The position numbers and the translations under genes were made by a program. From the NCBI GenBank assembly GCA_963582685.1, contig CAUZSM010000001.1, forward strand, positions 1 to 37,705: a DNA stretch of 37,705 nt, in the 5' to 3' direction. Shown here piece after piece: positions 16,666-25,770 of the stretch. Origin of the DNA: Candidatus Thalassarchaeaceae archaeon. GTDB lineage: Archaea; Thermoplasmatota; Poseidoniia; Poseidoniales; Thalassarchaeaceae. The notes below the pieces were generated by a model. It was not told the DNA's origin. It ran no database searches and was given only the letters and a program-made list of their open reading frames with translations. Every line of letters starts with the position of its first letter. The first letter of the stretch is position 1.

Positions 16666-18462
16666 ATGATGTCAGACTCGATGACGACCCCCGAATGTCT
16701 ATTCAGAAATGCCGAACAGTATGGTGACCTGCCTGCGCTATCCGACAAAGGCAGCGATGGAGAATGGAATACAGATACGTGGTCAGATGTGCTCAGCAAT
16801 ACGCTAACTATTGCCAAAGCACTGTACGCAATGGGCTTTGAGGCGGGCGACAAACTCAGCATTTACTCCTACAATCGCAAAGAATGGTATCTGATTTACG
16901 CGGCTTCGCAAATGCTCAATGGAGTGGCAGTCGGTGTTTACCACACCTGTTCACCTGAGGAGGTGGAATGGGTTGTCGGCAATTCGGACTCCAAGTTCAT
17001 CTTCATAGGGAACAATCCTCAGGATGGCAATGACCCAGCCAAACTTCCGGCAAACCGGATTGCAGCGATTATCGATGACCTGCCGGCAATTGAAGTCGCA
17101 GTCATTCTCAACAATTCAGGCTCGCTCGACCATGCTAAGGCAACCTCTTGGGATGAATTTCTGTCCAAGGGAACCAACGTCTCTGATTCAGATATTCAAA
17201 CACGAATGGATGGGATACAGCCCAACGACACTTCTTCGCTGATTTACACATCAGGTACAACTGGAAACCCAAAGGGAGTCGAGTTGTCTCACGATAATTT
17301 CGCCTTTGAACTCAGTTGTATTCGCAACGTCATTCGCTTTGACCCCGGCGACGGATACGTCTCATGGCTACCATTGGCCCACGTCTTCGGACAGGTTGCT
17401 GACAACCATCTCTGGATACGCGATGTGCTCCACATGCGGGTAGTAGACAACGCACTGCACGCTATTGACTATGCAAAAGAAGTGCAACCGCACCTATTCA
17501 TTGGAGTTCCGCGCATCTACGAAAAAGTCTACTCAAATCTCAAAAATACAATTGATTCAAAGGCCATTATCCGCATTGGATTGGGAGTTCCTGTGCTGAA
17601 AAAGGTGTTGCAGAAAGCGGTCAAGCGCAAGATTGGTATGTTGAATTGTAAGTATGCAATCACCGGTGCTGCTCCAATCAATCCAGATATTCTACACCTA
17701 TTCCACCGGGTCGGTGTGCCACTATTCGAGGGCTATGGAATGACTGAAACCACCGCGGGTGCGTCAATGAATTACGATGGGCATAACAAGATCGGTTCAG
17801 TTGGCCAGACGCTGCCCGGAGGAACTGAACTGAAAACCGATGAACATGGTGAGATATTCTTCCGAGGACGCCACGTCATGAAGGGCTACTACAACAATCC
17901 CGAAGCGACTGCTGAGGTGTTGCAAGATGGTTGGCTCCGCTCAGGTGATATTGGCAAGATTGATGCGGACGGATTCGTCAAGATAACCGGCAGAATAAAG
18001 GAGATTTACGTCAATTCTGGTGGCAAGAATATCGCACCGTTGGTCATTGAGGAGACCATGAAGGCTATTCCGCTCGTTTCACAATGTTTCCTTGTGGGTG
18101 ATGGTCGGAAGTACTGCAGTGCGCTGCTCACACTCGATGTATCTGCCATTCTACGTGATAAATTCGACATGGATGGGTCAAGATTACCAAAGGACCCTGC
18201 AGAGCAAATCGCACTGCTCAACAAGCAAGGGCATGAATTGTCAGAATACACAGATAGTGCTGGGATTCATGCAGAAATTGATGCCGAAGTGCAGCGACTC
18301 AATGCTAAGTTCGCGCCTCCTGAGCAAATCAAGATGTTCACCATCCTGCCGCGCGACTTGACCGTGGATGATGGCGAACTGACGCCGACACTCAAGATTC
18401 GCCGCAAGCAGATTCGCGAGAATTGGGCAGCGGAAATCGAGCAGATGTACAGCGACGATTGA
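16666..18462 (+). CDS. Long-chain fatty acid-CoA ligase (AMP-forming acyl-CoA synthetase)
   Basis: AMP-binding motif IYTSGTTGNPKGVELSH, plus GYGMTET, SGDIG, and the C-terminal TPTLKIRRK. ATG 16666 avoids overlap with the upstream gene. Confidence 0.85.
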   Translation: MMSDSMTTPECLFRNAEQYGDLPALSDKGSDGEWNTDTWSDVLSNTLTIAKALYAMGFEAGDKLSIYSYNRKEWYLIYAASQMLNGVAVGVYHTCSPEEVEWVVGNSDSKFIFIGNNPQDGNDPAKLPANRIAAIIDDLPAIEVAVILNNSGSLDHAKATSWDEFLSKGTNVSDSDIQTRMDGIQPNDTSSLIYTSGTTGNPKGVELSHDNFAFELSCIRNVIRFDPGDGYVSWLPLAHVFGQVADNHLWIRDVLHMRVVDNALHAIDYAKEVQPHLFIGVPRIYEKVYSNLKNTIDSKAIIRIGLGVPVLKKVLQKAVKRKIGMLNCKYAITGAAPINPDILHLFHRVGVPLFEGYGMTETTAGASMNYDGHNKIGSVGQTLPGGTELKTDEHGEIFFRGRHVMKGYYNNPEATAEVLQDGWLRSGDIGKIDADGFVKITGRIKEIYVNSGGKNIAPLVIEETMKAIPLVSQCFLVGDGRKYCSALLTLDVSAILRDKFDMDGSRLPKDPAEQIALLNKQGHELSEYTDSAGIHAEIDAEVQRLNAKFAPPEQIKMFTILPRDLTVDDGELTPTLKIRRKQIRENWAAEIEQMYSDD

Positions 18463-18488
18463 CCGCTTTCTCGCTCACTCAACCATTC

Positions 18489-19196
18489 TCACGCGCCTTG
18501 CTTACCTTGGTCGTTCTGAAATGGGGAATCTTCCTCGTCGAAGATGTACTGCTGGATGGCGATGCCTGCGCCGATGCTGATGAAAAGCACCAGAGCAGAC
18601 TCGAATCCAAACGGCTCCCACACCTCCCACCCAGAGATTCCTACTCTGACCAATGCCACCCCGAGAGTTATGGACAACCCACCCACTACTGAAGGTGCGA
18701 GATAAGACACCATTTCCTTCTGGTGACGGGCCATTCGCATCCCAATCAGGAAGAATATGTCCGCTCCAATTGCGAGAACCAATGGAGTCCATCCCCAGAA
18801 CAGGTCATCAGGGAGGAATGGCTCAAAGAACGAGGCGAAAAGCACCCATGCACCAAGAGCCACTATTCCACCAAGAATCATGTGCAGTCGGTCATACATG
18901 ATTGCTGCAACCGTACCGGTTAATACTCCTACCAGCAATGCTGCAATAGCAGCAATCTCGGCATCTTGCCTTCCCAGTCCAGTGGTCAACTCGTAGGTCG
19001 ACCATGCGGATGGAACGAATGCCGAGACAGCGATGAGGGGGCGCATCACCCTTGAGCCGGCGAAGATGAAGCCGACTCCAATGACAATCAGGAGAGCGCC
19101 GAGCACATCCGCATAGCCCGAGACGGCCTCAGTAAAGTCTGTCGCGGCAGAGTTTGTTCCAATCATCGGGAGCCCGATTCCCGCATGGGGAGCCAT
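18489..19196 (-). CDS. Hypothetical polytopic membrane protein (about 7 TM)
   Basis: Continuous hydrophobic helices and no recognisable motif. The start is uncertain (19268, 19196 or 19166). The longest form leaves only 24 bp before the divergent icmF. Confidence 0.45.
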   Translation of the reverse strand: MAPHAGIGLPMIGTNSAATDFTEAVSGYADVLGALLIVIGVGFIFAGSRVMRPLIAVSAFVPSAWSTYELTTGLGRQDAEIAAIAALLVGVLTGTVAAIMYDRLHMILGGIVALGAWVLFASFFEPFLPDDLFWGWTPLVLAIGADIFFLIGMRMARHQKEMVSYLAPSVVGGLSITLGVALVRVGISGWEVWEPFGFESALVLFISIGAGIAIQQYIFDEEDSPFQNDQGKQGA

Positions 19197-19292
19197 GACT
19201 TGAGGCTCGCCCTTCGCGTACGAGCGCGTACATGCGCCCCGGCGGCCTAGGGCCGCCGGTGCTATCATGAGGTTCCTCTCTATCCCGCATCC

Positions 19293-22200
19293 ATGTCGAC
19301 TGCCGGCAACGCTGCTGACGATGCTGCAGGCGAGGCATCGGAAGCAGAGGGCACAGGTGCTGGTGATGCAGTTGAAAGAGGCACGTTCGACCGCTCTGGA
19401 ATTCCACTACGAGTGGTAACCGCCGCGTCTCTATTCGATGGTCATGATGCGGCAATCAACGTGATGCGACGACTGATTCAAGCAGCCGGATGTGAAGTGA
19501 TTCACCTCGGACACGACCGCTCCGCACTCGATGTAGTGAAGGCAGCCATCGAGGAGGACGCTCACGCCGTCGCTCTCACCTCATATCAGGGTGGACACAT
19601 GGAGTACTTCACCTATATTCGAGAACTGCTAAACGAGGCAGGCAGAGCCGATATTCACATCTTTGGTGGAGGTGGAGGCACTATTACCCCGCCGGAGATT
19701 CGTGACCTGCACGCAGCAGGAATCACTCGTATCTACTCTCCCGATGACGGCAGAAAGATGGGGTTGCTCGGGATGATTGATGACCTCGTCACCAGGGCAA
19801 GCGACTCGGACCTGATGTCTGAATCCAGCCTGTCTGAACTGGAAGGTGAACTCACACCAGATAACAGGGGAGGAATTGCTCGTCTCATCACCGCTGCGGA
19901 GAATGCCGACCCGGTCCATCTCGCCCAGTTGATCAAGATCTGTCGTTCAAGGTCAGATGAGCAGCGAGTTCCGGTCATCGGATTAACCGGAACAGGAGGC
20001 GCGGGCAAATCCAGCCTGATTGACGAGTTGATGCGACGCATCACCACGCAGAATCCCGAACTCAAAATCGCTCTACTGTGCACTGACCCAACCCGGAAGC
20101 GCACCGGAGGTGCGCTGCTGGGCGACCGTATTCGCATGAACACCTTATCAAATGAAAATCTATTCATGCGCAGTCTTGCAAGCCGAGATGGCGGTCGTGA
20201 AATCAGCGAGAAAACCCACGAATCCATTGAGGTGTGCCAAGCGGTTGGCTTCGACTTGATCTTCGTCGAAACCAGCGGCATCGGCCAAGGCAGCGATGCC
20301 ATCACCGATGTCGCTGACCTCAGTATCTACGTGATGACAAGTGAGTTCGGCGCTCACACCCAACTTGAGAAAATTGAGATGCTAGACGTCGCTGACCTCG
20401 TCGTTCTCAACAAATTCGAGAAACGAGGCAGCGAGGATGCATTGCGCGCCGTCCGCAAGCAGGTCAAGCGCAATCGGAACCTATTCGATATGGCTGATGC
20501 GAACCTACCGGTCATCGCCACAATCGCCAACCAATTCACTGACCCGGGGGTGGATATGCTGTGGTATCGCCTTGCAGGACTGCTCGATGAGCGGCATGGG
20601 GTTGAACTCGCAGCAACTGAACCCGAACTTGGGACCAGTGAGTTGCCCGAGCCGCAACACATCATTCCTCCTGAGCGCACACAATACCTCGCGGACATCG
20701 CTCGCTGTGTGAGGGAATACCATGGTCGAACCGAGTCAATGGCCGAAAAGGTCAGATTAACCCAGCACCTTGAATCAGCTGCTAAGCACATGGCTGACCT
20801 CGCCGATGGCACAGGTAGCACCGCAGCGATGGCCGGAGCGAGTGCAGCAGCGGACCTGCGGGTACAAATTGAGGAGGTAAAGAGCACAATTCATCCAGAA
20901 GCGTGGAAAATGTTGTCCGACTTTGAGACCAGAGCAGCGGCCTACCGTTCAGGCTCCTATACCTACCAAGTAAGGGGCAAGGATTTCGCTGTCCCGACAA
21001 CCAGCACATCTCTCTCTCACAACGAGATTTCACGCATCGCTCTTCCTAACTTCGCCGACGACGGTGAGCGACTCGCTTGGTTGCGCAAGGAAAATGTCCC
21101 CGGAGTTTTCCCATTTACCGCCGGCGTATTTCCGTTTAAGCGGGCAGATGAATTGCCAACTCGCATGTTCGCTGGCGAGGGACCTGCTGAGCGGACCAAT
21201 GCAAGATTCCACTATCTTTCTGAGAACGAGGATTACGCAAGGCTCTCTACGGCCTTCGATTCTGTCACCTTGTATGGACGCAATCCGCATACTCGCCCTG
21301 ACATCTACGGCAAGGTCGGTGAATCCGGTGTCTCCATCTTCTCTGTGGAGGAGATGTGTACTCTATTCGACGAATTCAATCTTTGTGAGGCAAATACCAG
21401 CGTTTCGATGACGATTAACGGGCCGGCGGCAATTGTTCTGGCGATGTTCTTCAACGCCGCGATACGCCAGCAAGTGGCCATCTTTGAGCAGGAAAAACAA
21501 CGCGCGCCACTACCCGACGAGGTTGAGGCGATTCAAGCCAGTACGCTACAAATGGTGCGTGGCACAGTGCAGGCAGACATCCTCAAGGAGGATCAGGCAC
21601 AGAATACCTGTATCTTCTCAACAGAATTTAGTCTGAAACTGATGGGTGATGTGCAGCAGTTCTACATCGATAATGACGTCCGCAACCACTACTCTGTGAG
21701 CATTTCTGGCTACCACATCGCTGAGGCTGGTGCTAACCCAATCTCACAGTTGGCTTTCACTTTGGCAAACGGCTTCACCTACGTCGAATACTACCTGAAG
21801 CGAGGGATGAGTATCGACGACTTCGCACCGAATCTCTCGTTCTTCTTCTCCAACGGCCTCGACCCAGAATACACCGTCATCGGCCGGGTAGCTCGCCGTG
21901 TCTGGGCTGTCGCTTTGCGTGACCTTTACAGCGGTGATGAGCGTTCTCAGAAACTCAAGTATCACATCCAGACCAGCGGGAGGAGCCTGCACGCACAAGA
22001 GATTGACTTCAACGACATTCGCACCACTCTACAAGCACTGCTCGCCATTCAAGACAACGCCAACTCACTGCACACCAACGCGTATGACGAGGCCATTACC
22101 ACCCCAACCGAGGACAGTGTGAGGCGCGCCCTCGCCATCCAACTCATCGTCAACAAGGAAAGTGGTTGGACCAAGACCGAAAACCCGTTGCAAGGTTCGT

Positions 22201-22676
22201 TCATCGTAGATGAACTGACCGACCTTGTCGAGGCGGCGGTCCTGACTGAGTTTGAGCGAATAGCAGAGAGAGGCGGAGTTCTTGGGGCGATGGAGACAAT
22301 GTATCAACGCGGTAAGATACAGGACGAGAGCCTGCATTACGAAGAGCAGAAACACTCGGGAGAACTTCCCATCACTGGTGTCAACTTCTTCCAGAACCCT
22401 GACGCCGCTGCCTTCGATGAGAGCAGCGCTGATGACTTTGAGATGGAACTCGCACGCGCGACGCCCGAGGAAAAGCAAGGTTGTCTTGACCGACTGGCAA
22501 CCTTCCATCGCACTCACAGAAAGGAGGCACCAGAGGCTCTTGCAAGGCTACAGCAGGTGGCGAGGGAGGGTGGCAATGTGTTCGCTGAACTGATGAACAC
22601 AGTCAACGTCGCCTCGCTCGGACAAATCACTGAGGCCCTATTCGAGGTCGGCGGTCAATACCGCCGCAATATGTGA
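19293..22676 (+). CDS. icmF: Fused isobutyryl-CoA mutase (B12-binding domain + MeaB-like GTPase + mutase catalytic domain)
   Basis: N-terminal B12 motif SLFDGHDAAINVMRR. The central P-loop is GLTGTGGAGKSSLIDEL, with NKFE. The C-terminal ~550 aa is methylmalonyl-CoA-mutase-like. The 1127-aa length fits IcmF. Confidence 0.85.
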   Translation: MSTAGNAADDAAGEASEAEGTGAGDAVERGTFDRSGIPLRVVTAASLFDGHDAAINVMRRLIQAAGCEVIHLGHDRSALDVVKAAIEEDAHAVALTSYQGGHMEYFTYIRELLNEAGRADIHIFGGGGGTITPPEIRDLHAAGITRIYSPDDGRKMGLLGMIDDLVTRASDSDLMSESSLSELEGELTPDNRGGIARLITAAENADPVHLAQLIKICRSRSDEQRVPVIGLTGTGGAGKSSLIDELMRRITTQNPELKIALLCTDPTRKRTGGALLGDRIRMNTLSNENLFMRSLASRDGGREISEKTHESIEVCQAVGFDLIFVETSGIGQGSDAITDVADLSIYVMTSEFGAHTQLEKIEMLDVADLVVLNKFEKRGSEDALRAVRKQVKRNRNLFDMADANLPVIATIANQFTDPGVDMLWYRLAGLLDERHGVELAATEPELGTSELPEPQHIIPPERTQYLADIARCVREYHGRTESMAEKVRLTQHLESAAKHMADLADGTGSTAAMAGASAAADLRVQIEEVKSTIHPEAWKMLSDFETRAAAYRSGSYTYQVRGKDFAVPTTSTSLSHNEISRIALPNFADDGERLAWLRKENVPGVFPFTAGVFPFKRADELPTRMFAGEGPAERTNARFHYLSENEDYARLSTAFDSVTLYGRNPHTRPDIYGKVGESGVSIFSVEEMCTLFDEFNLCEANTSVSMTINGPAAIVLAMFFNAAIRQQVAIFEQEKQRAPLPDEVEAIQASTLQMVRGTVQADILKEDQAQNTCIFSTEFSLKLMGDVQQFYIDNDVRNHYSVSISGYHIAEAGANPISQLAFTLANGFTYVEYYLKRGMSIDDFAPNLSFFFSNGLDPEYTVIGRVARRVWAVALRDLYSGDERSQKLKYHIQTSGRSLHAQEIDFNDIRTTLQALLAIQDNANSLHTNAYDEAITTPTEDSVRRALAIQLIVNKESGWTKTENPLQGSFIVDELTDLVEAAVLTEFERIAERGGVLGAMETMYQRGKIQDESLHYEEQKHSGELPITGVNFFQNPDAAAFDESSADDFEMELARATPEEKQGCLDRLATFHRTHRKEAPEALARLQQVAREGGNVFAELMNTVNVASLGQITEALFEVGGQYRRNM

Positions 22677-22679
22677 GCG

Positions 22680-23870
22680 TCAGTTCATTCCGAACATTAT
22701 CGATATCACAATCATCGATACGAAGAAGAACAGGAAACCCGGGATGATTGCAACCAACATCCCATATGCCGTGCTCTGTTGTTCTGTGACAAAGGAACGC
22801 ACCAGCATACCTATCCATCCTGCAATGAGCAGGAGGGGCATGCAGCAGCCGAGGAAACCCAAGAATATTTCCTCGGCAATCTCTCCGCCTTCTCCTCCGA
22901 ATTCGCTTCCTATTTCATATTCAACCCAGTAATCGGTCTCGTTGTCAGGCTCAAAAGGCAGTGTGAACTCGATATGGCCAGTGGAATAGTCAATTGTGCC
23001 AATACCATTCTGCTCAAAACTGAACCTCAACGGTCGGTTACCGTCGGCATCCTCACCATACCATTCTTTGCAGTAGTAACTATGGGCATCATTTGCAATG
23101 TTCACCTCAATGTCGAACCTATTAAGGTCCATGTTTGAGGTGTTGATGTAAAAGGAAAATGTAGTGTTGACGCCATCAGATATCCAGACATCATTCAACC
23201 ACATGGTCTTACTTCTCCAAGAGCCAGTTTCTTGGTAGATAATTTTCACATTCGCTGCGGTTGAATTGGGGTACACTTCTGGTAGATTGATGGTGATCTG
23301 TTCATTGTCAACATCAAAACTTCCTGAGACAATTTGGGCATCGACATTGATACTTCCGTCACAGTCATCATAAACATAGAGTGAATCTACTTCACCTTGA
23401 ACCGTCACGGCTTGGTTCCCTTTCATTTCATCTTTATCGTCGAAATTAAATGAGCAGGTTCCAATCGGCTCGCCCGCATCAAAGGTGAAGGTGGAGTTGA
23501 CAAAGGAATCACCGCTGACTATTGTCCCTGACCGATTGTCGTCCCATGAGGATTCATGCGATAATTGCAGCCCAAGCGTCAGCATTGCAGCAATAATGAA
23601 TGCAAAACAGATGCCGATTCCTTTCCACCAGGAACCCATGTGCTGTTCAGGAACTGCAACCCCAAGGTGAGGGCCCATGTCACCGCTCAGTTGTGTAACC
23701 TGTCCGGTCAAGGAAGGAGTAACGGCCATTGTATCGGCTTGGGATTCAATGCTCAGTCCGCCGGTAGAGCCGAGAACCAAGGGGCCTGAGGCTGCGGGAG
23801 GGGCTGCTGCGGTATCGCCACCGGTTTGCTCATCCCAAGGTGAGGAGGTACCCTCACTCCCATCGAACAT
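22680..23870 (-). CDS. Hypothetical membrane protein with a sequon-rich external domain
   Basis: The layout is an N-terminal ~80-aa Gly/Ala/Thr-rich region, a TM (GIGICFAFIIAAMLTLGL), a ~250-aa acidic Asn/Asp-rich domain with several N-x-S/T sequons, and then two C-terminal TM helices. No family recognised. Confidence 0.5.
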   Translation of the reverse strand: MFDGSEGTSSPWDEQTGGDTAAAPPAASGPLVLGSTGGLSIESQADTMAVTPSLTGQVTQLSGDMGPHLGVAVPEQHMGSWWKGIGICFAFIIAAMLTLGLQLSHESSWDDNRSGTIVSGDSFVNSTFTFDAGEPIGTCSFNFDDKDEMKGNQAVTVQGEVDSLYVYDDCDGSINVDAQIVSGSFDVDNEQITINLPEVYPNSTAANVKIIYQETGSWRSKTMWLNDVWISDGVNTTFSFYINTSNMDLNRFDIEVNIANDAHSYYCKEWYGEDADGNRPLRFSFEQNGIGTIDYSTGHIEFTLPFEPDNETDYWVEYEIGSEFGGEGGEIAEEIFLGFLGCCMPLLLIAGWIGMLVRSFVTEQQSTAYGMLVAIIPGFLFFFVSMIVISIMFGMN

Positions 23871-23934
23871 AGCAGTCCCTCAACGTTCTCCCTTCAAAGG
23901 GATTCACCTGCAATGAGTGTGTTCGCAACGAGGT

Positions 23935-24615
23935 CTAGTCATCAGTTTCATCGGAATCAACGAGGAGTTTGTCCCATACCGTCGCAGCTAGTACAGCGCC
24001 AATAATCGGTCCAAGCCAATAGATGACAAAGTCAATCTTGTTCTCCATGTCTGAAAACACCCATGTTCCCATCCAGCGAGCCGGGTTCATCGCTGCGCCA
24101 GTGATGCCACCACCCATCAGGATGTCAGCCATCACTGCAAGTCCAATACCAAAGCCAGCAATACCAGCAGGAGCGCGATTATCGACAGCAGTACCCATGA
24201 TTACGGTCATCAGTAGGAATGTCAGCACTATCTCGACTAGGATGACCGTCTGGGTATCGAATAGATTGCCATCCATCTCCTGTGGTGCTGGTGTACCGAC
24301 TCCAGCAGCGCCAACAAGGCATAGTATGCCACCAGCAAGCGCAGCGCCAATCAATTGTGATAGAATGTAATAGCCGCCCAACTTGGGGGTTATTCGCTTG
24401 GTTGACATCAGAGCGAGTGTTACTGCAGGATTGACGTGAGCACCAGAGATGTTCATCGTCGCGCTGACCATCACCGCCAAGATGATGCCGTGAGCAGCCG
24501 CAACAGCCACAATATTGTCACCATGCAACCATATGGTGCCTGCTCCAATGAAGGTCAACCCAAAAGTCGCTATTCCTTCTGCCACACACTTGCTAAGACA
24601 ATTCGATCCACTCAT
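23935..24615 (-). CDS. Aquaporin / MIP family channel (canonical, two NPA motifs)
   Basis: SGAHVNPAVTLA and TGAAMNPARWMG, six TM helices. ATG at 24615 gives the N-terminus MSGSNCLSKCVAEGIATFGLTF, as expected for MIPs. Confidence 0.85.
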   Translation of the reverse strand: MSGSNCLSKCVAEGIATFGLTFIGAGTIWLHGDNIVAVAAAHGIILAVMVSATMNISGAHVNPAVTLALMSTKRITPKLGGYYILSQLIGAALAGGILCLVGAAGVGTPAPQEMDGNLFDTQTVILVEIVLTFLLMTVIMGTAVDNRAPAGIAGFGIGLAVMADILMGGGITGAAMNPARWMGTWVFSDMENKIDFVIYWLGPIIGAVLAATVWDKLLVDSDETDD

Positions 24616-24685
24616 ACACTCAACTCCGGGCACCGGCCCGAAGTGTTCCCTTTGAGTGCAGACCATGAACAAAGCGGTCCATCCG

Positions 24686-24737
24686 AAACAAAAGAAGGGC
24701 CGGTCGAGGGCAACCGAAGTCGCCCAACGACCGGCCC
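24686..24737 (-). terminator. GC-rich hairpin followed by a T-rich tract on the minus strand
   Basis: A perfect 10-bp stem pairs GGGCCGGTCG (24697-24706) with CGACCGGCCC (24728-24737). On the minus strand it is followed by TTCTTTTGTTT, downstream of the CDS ending at 24778. Confidence 0.5.
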
Positions 24738-24777
24738 GTATGTCATCTGTTGTTATGTGTTAGATGAGAGAGTAGTC

Positions 24778-25356
24778 CTACTCTTCTTCTGGCAAGAACT
24801 GGTCGCCGACCATCAGTGCAGCTGCTGCACCGACACCGCCAACAATCATCGAGCCAAATAGCCCGACGAAGTCTGCTTCCCATGCGGAGTTAACCAGTGT
24901 CCCACCGAGGTCAGCGGCACCGGAGATTGACACTCCTGCACCAGCAACGACCGCAGCGAACAAACCAGCTGCCCAGCCTCCACCGAGACGGTCATAGACC
25001 GTCATCAGCAAAAAGCCACCAACGAGGGCTGTAACGGCATCGCCTAGGCTTGCCATTGCACCAACATCGGTTCCTACTGTCCCATCTTGTCCGAACTTAA
25101 TGACCGCAGCAGCTATCAATGCGCCAACTATCTGCATGCAGAAGTTCAGCGCACCAGTTTGCCAGTCAGTCTTGCCAGCGGCCATTGAGCCGATGGTGAT
25201 GACCGGTAGGAGCTGAGCCCCACTGAAGGTCATCCACAACACTGCTAGCACAAGGCCGAGGGTAATCATCTCACTATCTGCCTGGCTGAAAACCAGTAGT
25301 GTGAGAGCCAAGCTACCAACCGCTTCTGCTGTCATCTTTTTCGTGTCCATTTCCAT
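24778..25356 (-). CDS. Divergent MIP/aquaporin-like membrane protein lacking both NPA motifs (paralog A)
   Basis: It aligns by eye to the adjacent aquaporin: AEAVGSLALTLLVF vs AEGIATFGLTFIGA, SGAQLLPVITIG vs SGAHVNPAVTLA, and SGAADLGGTLV vs TGAAMNPARWM. The start MEMDTKK at 25356 has GGGAGG about 8 nt upstream and matches MEMDWKD in paralog B. The longest ORF start is 25374. Confidence 0.6.
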   Translation of the reverse strand: MEMDTKKMTAEAVGSLALTLLVFSQADSEMITLGLVLAVLWMTFSGAQLLPVITIGSMAAGKTDWQTGALNFCMQIVGALIAAAVIKFGQDGTVGTDVGAMASLGDAVTALVGGFLLMTVYDRLGGGWAAGLFAAVVAGAGVSISGAADLGGTLVNSAWEADFVGLFGSMIVGGVGAAAALMVGDQFLPEEE

Positions 25357-25403
25357 TTTCATTTCCTCCCGCATTGCTGCGAGCGTTGCCTCCTCCTTTG
25401 TTC

Positions 25404-25414
25404 TCTATATAAAG
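25404..25414 (-). promoter_or_regulatory. Candidate archaeal TATA box for paralog A
   Basis: The minus strand reads CTTTATATAGA about 50 nt upstream of the 25356 start codon. Confidence 0.35.
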
Positions 25415-25455
25415 TGAGCACCGAGGGAGGAATATGAAAATGCGTTTTTCGACGC

Positions 25456-25525
25456 TTTTTGACGCACCGATACGCCTTATTGCAGTAAGTGTTGCTGGCT
25501 ACACCTACGCCGCAGTACCACGTTT
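25456..25525 (-). promoter_or_regulatory. Conserved upstream block, copy A (imperfect inverted repeat GTGTTG-n4-CTACAC at 25489-25504)
   Basis: A 70-nt block recurs upstream of paralog B. The 29-nt core (25476-25504) matches 26510-26538 at 25 positions by hand alignment. Confidence 0.6.
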
Positions 25526-25666
25526 ATTGGCTAAAAAATGAGTTTTTGTCCTCTCTGGTAGGACCCAATGAATTATTCTGAACGATGATTCTTGTAATCG
25601 ACATATAGTTCGAATCAGTACATGTTGCATTCAGGAACAAGTCTGGAAAAATAACAGCGAGCCCGC

Positions 25667-25692
25667 AGGCAGGGAAAGGTGAGTCCCTGCCT
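25667..25692 (-). terminator. Hairpin plus T5 tract downstream of paralog B
   Basis: A perfect 9-bp stem pairs AGGCAGGGA with TCCCTGCCT around an 8-nt loop. On the minus strand it is followed by ...CTGTTATTTTTCC. A second small inverted repeat CCACAC-CTAA-GTGTGG lies at 25712-25727. Confidence 0.45.
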
Positions 25693-25770
25693 ACGAGCAG
25701 GCGTGTCAACACCACACCTAAGTGTGGTAATCGGTAATCGTTTGTGTTGTGTGTTCCGATTTACTGTGGA

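Noticed and set aside
19733-20887. Long antisense ORFs (190 aa and 177 aa) inside icmF
   Set aside because: They lie entirely within a high-confidence conserved CDS. Their Ser/Arg/Ala-rich composition is typical of antisense frames in GC-rich coding DNA, and no motifs are present.
25524-25715. A 63-aa ORF in the spacer between the two MIP-like paralogs
   Set aside because: It overlaps the terminator hairpins and the conserved upstream block, has no start context and has no recognisable features. It is probably non-coding.
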